Below are positions 56,780-64,000 of a stretch of 64,000 nt of DNA, piece after piece. The notes beneath the pieces were generated by a model. The model saw only the letters and a list, made by a program, of their open reading frames with translations, was not told the origin of the DNA and made no database searches. The translations under genes and the position numbers were made by a program. Source of the DNA: an uncultured Rivularia sp. (GTDB lineage Bacteria; Cyanobacteriota; Cyanobacteriia; Cyanobacteriales; Nostocaceae); the NCBI GenBank assembly GCA_963665115.1, contig OY762007.1, forward strand, positions 4,256,001 through 4,320,000, in the 5' to 3' direction. The stretch's first letter is position 1, and each line of letters begins with the position of its first letter.

Positions 56780-57470
56780 TGGCAGGATTAAAGCGATAAC
56801 CCATACAGGGAATAGTTTCGATAAAAGTATCCCAACCATACTTAGATAATTTGCGTCGTAAAAGTCGCATTTGAGCCGCTACTACATTACTCACCCGTTC
56901 CGTATCAAATGTATAAAGATGATTCAAAATTTGGTCGCGGGTAACAATTACGTCAGGATGTTTCATCAAGTATTCTAATAAGTGAAACTCTTTTTTGGTT
57001 AAAGTAATTATTTTTGTTTCGCCATTAGCATACTGACAAGTAACTGCAAAATTACCGTAGTCTAAAGTTAGATTACCTACTTCCAAATGCTGGGACTGAA
57101 ATTGCGGTACGCGCCTTTGCAAAGCCCGCAACCGTGCTAATAATTCTTCCATTCCGAAAGGTTTTACCAAGTAATCATCCGCACCAGCATCCAAACCAGC
57201 AACTTTATCTTCCATGCTATCCCTAGCTGTTAATATCAGTACGGGTAATGGATTGTTCCGAAGCCGTAAATGCTTGCATAATTCCAAACCCGATAATCCC
57301 GGTAATAACCAGTCAAAGACTGCTAATGTATATTGATTTGAGTTATTTTGCAAGCAACTCCAAGCTTCATCCCCATCTAACACCCAGTCAACAATATATC
57401 TTTCTTTGCTCAATTTCTGCTGAATTGATGCACCCAAATCTGGTTCATCTTCTACCAGTAAAACTTTCAT
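56769..57470 (-). CDS. rppA: OmpR-family response regulator, RppA-like (second copy)
   Basis: MKVLLVEDE, FDWLLPG and NVVAAQMRLLRRKL. Confidence 0.9.
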   Translation of the reverse strand: MKVLLVEDEPDLGASIQQKLSKERYIVDWVLDGDEAWSCLQNNSNQYTLAVFDWLLPGLSGLELCKHLRLRNNPLPVLILTARDSMEDKVAGLDAGADDYLVKPFGMEELLARLRALQRRVPQFQSQHLEVGNLTLDYGNFAVTCQYANGETKIITLTKKEFHLLEYLMKHPDVIVTRDQILNHLYTFDTERVSNVVAAQMRLLRRKLSKYGWDTFIETIPCMGYRFNPANAD

Positions 57471-57503
57471 AACTAGCGTTGCCTTTTTAAATCAGTCAAA
57501 CTA

Positions 57504-57986
57504 TTAACTAACGCGCAGTCGGGCTATACCTATGGGTACTGCTTGATTTGAATTAACAAAATTCGCAAATACTTTGTAGAGCATTTCACCTCTAGTAGCA
57601 CCTCGTTTTCTAACTTGATTCATTTCTATAGTAAGCTTAGTTCCCGGAGCAACGGGTTCGGAAAATGTTAATGTTGCTTTTTTCTTATCATCGATAGCAA
57701 TTTCAGCATTAATCTTTTCTCCCGATTGGTTAGAGATATCAATATTATCATCTAGTTTTATGTTCTCAGGGGCTTCAATAATAATTTTTGACACAGCATT
57801 ACTTCGTTCAGAAATTGCGATTTTGAAAGTGTGTCTAGGAGTACTCCAATAGCGAATGCGTTGAGGAAATTCTGAAAAACTAGTAATACGAGCAAAATTA
57901 CTAGCTGTTGTTGTCTGTGCGATGGCAGTACCAGTTGATACACCCAATGTAAGGATAGCGGCGGTAGTAAACAATAATTTTTTCAT
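57504..57986 (-). CDS. Secreted DUF2808-like protein
   Basis: Signal peptide and FSEPVAPGTKL motif. Confidence 0.75.
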   Translation of the reverse strand: MKKLLFTTAAILTLGVSTGTAIAQTTTASNFARITSFSEFPQRIRYWSTPRHTFKIAISERSNAVSKIIIEAPENIKLDDNIDISNQSGEKINAEIAIDDKKKATLTFSEPVAPGTKLTIEMNQVRKRGATRGEMLYKVFANFVNSNQAVPIGIARLRVS

Positions 57987-58075
57987 TTCATTTTTTCTGT
58001 TACACAACAAGTTGATTCACTTCTACAATTGCATTAGTGAATCACGGGGTATACTTAATAGTTTTACAAACTGAA

Positions 58076-58092
58076 ATGAAAATTCGATGAAA
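58076..58092 (-). promoter_or_regulatory. TTTCAT-N5-TTTCAT box
   Basis: ATGAAAATTCGATGAAA on the + strand. Confidence 0.75.
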
Positions 58093-58224
58093 TTTTCATA
58101 CAGATAAGAAAGCAACACTATTTGATGAATTTATGACTCAATTTGTTTGGAGTTTTAGTATTTCACTTTTTCGCGTTGCTCCCTTACATTTTGATTCGCT
58201 TTAGTGAACTTACGAAGGAATAAT

Positions 58225-58695
58225 TTAGCCACTGTAAGTGTTAACCCTTGCTAAACCGAGCGGAATTTCTTCTTTAATTCCTACTTTTTTGGCTGATACA
58301 GAATAATGCCAAGTATTGGCATAACCTGGAGTCATAACTCCCTGCATTTGAATTGATAGTGAAGTTCCTGGGTTGACAGCTTCTGAAAATGTAATGGTGG
58401 CTTTTTTGCCATTAATAGAAACTGTGGCAGGAATTTTTTCACCTGATTTATTGTTCACTTCAATTCCTTCAGTAATTTTCACATCTTCTGGTGACTCAAT
58501 CATCAATTTAGAAACAGCTTTACCTTGAACGTGAACATCAAATTTATGGGTAGCATCATAAGCTTGAGCGTTGTCAGGTAGGGCTGCACTATTCCCTAAA
58601 TGAGTAATTTTTGCGTCACTTGGACTTTTGGCAAATACTGGAATTGTAGATGAAATAGCGAAGGTAAATGCAGCCGCATAGATGATTTTTTTCAC
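58225..58695 (-). CDS. Secreted DUF2808-like protein
   Basis: Close paralog of 19301 (VHVQGK, TPGYA.TW, IPLG). Confidence 0.75.
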   Translation of the reverse strand: MKKIIYAAAFTFAISSTIPVFAKSPSDAKITHLGNSAALPDNAQAYDATHKFDVHVQGKAVSKLMIESPEDVKITEGIEVNNKSGEKIPATVSINGKKATITFSEAVNPGTSLSIQMQGVMTPGYANTWHYSVSAKKVGIKEEIPLGLARVNTYSG

Positions 58696-58762
58696 TTGTA
58701 TTCTCCTAATCAGCTAATAATTATTTTGAATTGTCTCTATATATTTATTGTGAAATATGTAA

Positions 58763-58779
58763 ATGAAAATAAGATGAAA
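58763..58779 (-). promoter_or_regulatory. TTTCAT-N5-TTTCAT box
   Basis: ATGAAAATAAGATGAAA on the + strand; CACAAT 10 bp downstream. Confidence 0.75.
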
Positions 58780-59215
58780 AAATCATATATATTTCAAAAT
58801 TGATTGATTATCTTAAATTTTATTTAGATATTTTTTAACGCAAACAAATTAAGCAATAATAAAACTCACCTTTAATTTTTAATAGAAAAGGTGAGAAAAT
58901 GGTTGAATTATTGTTGATTGATAGTATTTATTATCTGCTATGCTAAAAACTAATATAAAATAGCGTAATCTTTACTGGATAAAATAGATAGCTTTTAATT
59001 TTGACTTTTAAGCCTTTGAGAGGATATTTGGAAAGTATTAAACAATTTAATTAACACGAGAAGGGTACTTAGTTTACGAAATAATCGTAAAATTTAGCCA
59101 ATTTAAAAAAATCACCCAAATTCCATTTGAACCCGATATAAAGTTTGCCCAATAGGAGAGTATCCGTAGGCAAACTTTAGGGTTTAGAAACTTTTAGAAC
59201 TGTTTAACCTATAAA

Positions 59216-59713
59216 TTATCTTTTAAAGCTAAAGCGACCGTTAACTTTTTCACCATCAACTTCGGAAAGAATAGCTACTTTGTATTCTCCTGCTGCTTTT
59301 TCTGGAAGTACAGCGTGGTAATGCTTTTCATCAGCTTCATATTCAAGGGGAATTGTTTTTTGTTCTCCACCAGGTAACTGAACTTGAGCCGTTACTTGAG
59401 CATTGCTAATTTTTTCGTGTTTTTCGCCTTTTTCTAGATAAAAATCCATATGGATTCCTTCATCATTTGGTGCTGCTACAAGTTCCAAATGATATTGGCC
59501 CGATTCTATAACTTGTCCACCATGAGAATGTTCGCCTTCTTTTTCACCGTCAGAATGGTCGTGACCGTCATTTTCTGAGTGACCTTTCTGTGCTACGGTT
59601 TCGGTTTTGCTAGCCGCTGAATCTTCTGAATTTGCAGTTTGATCACTACAAGCGCCTACAAAAATTAATCCTATACTACCTAAAATAATCGCACTTAGTT
59701 TTAGAGATTTCAT
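59216..59713 (-). CDS. His-rich lipoprotein associated with the RND system
   Basis: Lipobox VGAC, GHDHSD...HSHGGQV and YHLELV. Confidence 0.8.
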   Translation of the reverse strand: MKSLKLSAIILGSIGLIFVGACSDQTANSEDSAASKTETVAQKGHSENDGHDHSDGEKEGEHSHGGQVIESGQYHLELVAAPNDEGIHMDFYLEKGEKHEKISNAQVTAQVQLPGGEQKTIPLEYEADEKHYHAVLPEKAAGEYKVAILSEVDGEKVNGRFSFKR

Positions 59714-59825
59714 TTTTTTGATTCCTTGATTTTTCAGAATATAATTTATTAACGCAAAGGAACGCTGAGGGGTTCGCAGAGAAGCGCTAAGAACTAATTT
59801 AAGTGTTAGTTTTTTAGTTTTTTAT

Positions 59826-62800
59826 TCATCTCCTCTTACTATTATTGAGAATAGTTAAATCTTGATTCGCAGTAATTTCTGAAGCGGTTTCCATCTGAAC
59901 TACGGCTGAGTTTTGTTTGGGTATTAAATACTTGCCGAATTTACTATACAAAGCCGGAAGCACCAACAAAGTTAAAGCTGTAGAAGTAAACAAACCACCC
60001 AATACAACTATCGCTAAAGGCTGCAAAATTTCTTTACCCGCACCAGTCCCGATTACCAGAGGAACCATACCTAATGCAGATGTTAAAGCTGTCATTAAAA
60101 TAGCAACAAGTCTTTCCATTGAACCTTGAGAAATGACTTCTCGTAAAGGCATTCCCATTGCAAACTTGCTGTTATAGTTTTCTACTAAAAGCAAACCGTT
60201 ACGAGTAGCTACGCCGAATAAAGTAATAAATCCCACCATTGATGCTACCGAAAGAATACCACCACCCAAAGCCACGGAAAAAACTCCACCAGCTAACGCT
60301 AAAGGTAGATTACTCATAATCATTAAAGTTGCTGGTATTGATTTGACTGCGAAGTACATCAAAACAGCGATGACAATCATTGATAAACCGCCAAATATCA
60401 GGAAATTTTGGGAGGCTCGTTGTTCGGATTCAAACTGACCGCCATACTGAATAAAATAACCAGATGGTACTTGCACTTGCTCTTTAACTTTGGCGCGAAT
60501 TTCATCCACAGCAGAACCTAAGTCTCTACCGGAAACGTTGGTAGAAACAACTATTAAGCGGGAAACGTTTTCTCGGTTAATGGTATTGGGACCAGTTCCG
60601 TAGTCAATTTTTGCTACTGCTGCTAAAGGTATTTTCTGTCCGTTGGGAGTATCGACAAGTAAATTGCGAATGGTGTCTAAGTTGTTTCGTGCTTGTGGTT
60701 TTAACCATACTAATAAGTCAAAAAGCTGCTGTTTCTCTAATACCTGAGATACTACCCGACCATTTAATGCAGTTTCGGTGATTGATGATAAATCCCCCAC
60801 GGAAAGACCGTAACGAGCTGCTGCATCGCGGTCAAATTGAATTTGCACCTGTTTTATGGGTACTTGCGGTTCTAACTGCAAATCTACTAAACCGGGAATA
60901 TCTTGCATTACTCCTTCCACTTCTTTCCCCAAAGCGCGTAACTCTTCGAGTTCCGGACCGAATATTTTCACGGCGATCGCACTTCTGACACCGGACAAAA
61001 TTTCATCCATGCGGTGGGAAATAAAACCTCCTATAACCCCTACTGAACCAGGTATTTTGGCGAATTCCTCTCTAACTTTTTCTACCGTTGCTTCCCTATC
61101 TTTCATTCCTTCATCGCTAATCTCAATATCGAGGTGCGATAAGTTGACGGGTGCTGCATCCGCATCTCCAGGAGCGCGTCCGGAACGCATTTGTACTGAT
61201 GTAATCCGGGGGGTCATCTTTGAGTGCTGCTTCAATTGCATTTCCAGCTTGGTTGGTAACTTCTAAGGATGTACCGGGATAAAGCAGCATGGAATTAACT
61301 AAAGTACGCTCCTGAAATTCCGGTAAAAATACTCGTCCCAAACTTGTAAAAATGACCATTGATGCCACAAAAGCCGCAACAGCAGTTAAAATCACCACGT
61401 TGCAACGTTTTATAGAAAAATTCAATAGGGGACGGTATAGCTTTTGCGACCAGCGAGTTAACCAGGTTTCATCATCCCGCAGTCTCTTTTTAGTTAACAG
61501 TATGGCGCACAACGCTGGAGATAAAGTCATTGCTACCAAGGTTGAAGATAAAATTGACACCAAATAAGCCCAACCCATCGGTGCAAAAATCCGACCTTCT
61601 ACCCCAGTTAAAGTAAAAATTGGCGCGAAAACTACGGCTATAATTACTGTCGAAAAAATAACGCTGGTTCGTACCTGCACTGAAGTGTCAAATACCACCT
61701 GGAAAGGATGTACGGGATTTTCTGCTTGCTGATTTTCCTGCAATCCCCGGTAGGCATTTTCCATATCAACAATAGAATCATCAACTACCGAACCGATAGC
61801 TACTACCAATCCTCCCAAAGTCATAGTATTAATACCTTGACCAAAGAAATTGAGAATCATCATCCCAATTAACACCGACAAAGGAATAGCGCTAAGAGTA
61901 ATAATTGCAGTGCGCCAATTCATCAAAAACATCAGCAAAATAATTGAAACAATTATCGTGCCATCCCTGAGAGAACTAGTAACATTTTTTATAGCATCAT
62001 CAATAAAATTTTGCTGGCGAAAAGTAACTGTATATTTAACATTGGCAGGTAAGCTAGGCTCAAGTTCTGCCATTGCCGCTTCTACAGCCCGACTTATCGT
62101 AGGAGTATCAGCTTGGGGTTGTTTGTTAACCATCACTACAACCGCAGGTTGGGTATTAAAACTACCATCACCCCGCTTTAATGCCGCACCAATTTGCACA
62201 TCGGCAATATCTCTTAATAATACAGGGGTACCATCACGAGCGGTAACAACTGACTTCTGCAAATCCTCAATTTCAGTAACTCTTCCGATACCGCGAATTA
62301 ATAATTCTTGGTCTGGGTCAATTAAAAATCCACCAGCCGCATTACTATTAGCTTTAGCAGCAGCTGTGGTGACATCTTCTAAAGAAACATTAAAAGCCTT
62401 TAGTTTAGCAGGGTCAACTAAAACTTGATATTGGCGGATATCTCCCCCATAAGTAATTAATTGAGAAACACCCGGAACAGCGAGCAGACGGTTTGTCACA
62501 ACTAAGTCAACAAATCGTCTTACCTCCATCATGTCAGTTGTCGTTTTCCCTTCTTCTGAATCGATAGTAAAAGCATAGGAAAGTACTGTTCCGATGGGGG
62601 AACTAATCGGAGAAATTTGTGGTGATTCAATATTATCTGGCAGTTTTTGCGACGCTTGCTGCAATCTCTCGGTGACTAACTGTCGAGCTTGATAAATATC
62701 TGTACCCCAATTAAAAATAACTTTGACAACAGAAATACCAACCCCAGAAGAAGAGCGCACGGTTTCTACACCAGGAGTACCATTGACAGCACTTTCAATC

Positions 62801-63003
62801 GGTAAACTAATTAAAGATTCTACTTCTTCGGGAGCTAATCCCGGTGCTTCGGTTTGAATTTCTACTTGGGGTGGAGCAAAGTTAGGAAAAACATCCAAAG
62901 GCATTTGAGTTAGGTTGTAAACTCCTAACATCATGACAATCATTGCTCCAATCACCACCAGCCACCGCTGTACAATCGACCATTTCAGAATGTTATCAAT
63001 CAT
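59826..63003 (-). CDS. CusA/CzcA-family heavy-metal RND permease (apparent +1 frameshift at G6 61208-61213)
   Basis: PLDVFP, GSVVDDSIV and ERLVAILMT; removing one base gives DDPRITSVQMR and joins ORFs 61123 and 59826. Confidence 0.9.
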
Positions 63004-63011
63004 GATGCAGT

Positions 63012-64000
63012 TTATGATTCGGAATTATTTTTTGAGGTGGATTCTAGCTGACCAATTTGAGTTGTTGGTTCGCGATGGTTATTTTCAATGTCATCAAAAT
63101 TTTGATGTTGAATATCTTCTTCTAATTCCGTTGATGTAACATATTCATTACCTAACCCTCCTGCGTAAGCTGCAACCATGTGGTTTTGGCTGCGACGACC
63201 AGACATGGTTCCTGCTGCAAAAGCACCACCAGCAACAATTGTTCCTCCCAAGGTAGCCATTAACCATAAAGGTAGGGGAAAATTATTAGTATTAGTTTCT
63301 TGCAATTGCGAACCTTCATCTTCCGAGTGGTCGTCTTCTTTTGTGCTACCACCCCGTAAAGATTGAGCGTAAAGTTGCGTAGCACGTTGGGTAACTACTG
63401 CATCACCTTCAAATAAACCACTGGTAACTTCGATTAAATTTCCAGAAGTTTGACCGAATTCAGGTTCAACAGATTGAAAAGCGTTACCGTTTTTGATATA
63501 AATTAATTTTTTACCATTGGCATCCACCATAGCAGAAGTAGGAATTGCCAAAACTGCGGCATTTGTCTTATCCGTAACCACTTCCAACTCAGCAAACATT
63601 CCTGGTTTTAATTGACCGTTAGCGTTATTAATTTCAGCTTGTACTGGTACTATTTGGGTTTCCCCTTCCACTACGGAACCAATGCGCTTAATTCTACCCC
63701 TAAAAATTTGATTGGGTACGCTAGAAACCTTTACATTCACTGGTTGACCAATTTGTACTTTACCCAAATCTTTTTCATAAATACTTGCTGTAGCAAAAAC
63801 CTCGCGGTCATTAACAATGGTCATCAACTGACTACCAGCTTCCTCAAAGGATTGACCGATGCTTACTTGTCTGTCAGCAACTTGACCGCTGATAGGAGCC
63901 GTCACCGTTATCAACCCCTTTTTGTTAGCAATAGCTCCTAGTTGAGCCAATCGAGTTTGATAAGTAGTATTACTAAGGTTAATTTGTTCTTTTGCTACCT
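63012..64000 (-). CDS. RND periplasmic adaptor (CzcB/NrsB-like); 5' part lies outside the window
   Basis: TAPISG, LKPGMFA and GLFEGD motifs; frame open to the window edge. Confidence 0.85.
   Translation of the reverse strand, partial: VAKEQINLSNTTYQTRLAQLGAIANKKGLITVTAPISGQVADRQVSIGQSFEEAGSQLMTIVNDREVFATASIYEKDLGKVQIGQPVNVKVSSVPNQIFRGRIKRIGSVVEGETQIVPVQAEINNANGQLKPGMFAELEVVTDKTNAAVLAIPTSAMVDANGKKLIYIKNGNAFQSVEPEFGQTSGNLIEVTSGLFEGDAVVTQRATQLYAQSLRGGSTKEDDHSEDEGSQLQETNTNNFPLPLWLMATLGGTIVAGGAFAAGTMSGRRSQNHMVAAYAGGLGNEYVTSTELEEDIQHQNFDDIENNHREPTTQIGQLESTSKNNSES

Noticed and set aside
59826..63003. Naturally split two-gene RND permease or programmed frameshift
   Set aside because: One extra base in a G6 run explains the split, and the same signature occurs in five other genes

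Overview
AT-rich cyanobacterial DNA, probably from a filamentous Nostocales strain (many HIP1 GCGATCGC octamers and short intergenic repeats), and probably plasmid or integrative-element derived. Bases 1-10.9 kb are backbone: a ParM/ParR-like partition pair, MobD-like ATPase and DUF6753 genes, a 340-bp segment bounded by Tn7-like ends, a 1,265-aa protein with eukaryotic-RdRP/YonO-like two-barrel RNA polymerase motifs (DFDGD), a Dam-type methyltransferase with a 126-bp palindromic tandem repeat, and a RecD2 remnant. Bases 11-64 kb are a large metal, envelope and sulfur stress island: two RppA/RppB-type two-component systems, a third OmpR-type pair, two RND systems, Zn/Cd and Co-type P1B ATPases, MntP, a multicopper oxidase, a Csp-like copper protein, SQR/PDO/CysK and a group-2-like sigma factor. 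Three regulons can be read directly from the DNA: 11 TTTCAT-N5-TTTCAT boxes, 5 TCTTnnCAAnTTCTTGACA boxes and 4 MerR-type promoters with 20-bp spacers. Four TTTCAT boxes appear to drive unannotated ~85-105 nt small RNAs. Six genes are each broken by one extra base in a C/G run, probably a sequencing artefact. All product calls come from motif recognition by eye; no database searches were run.
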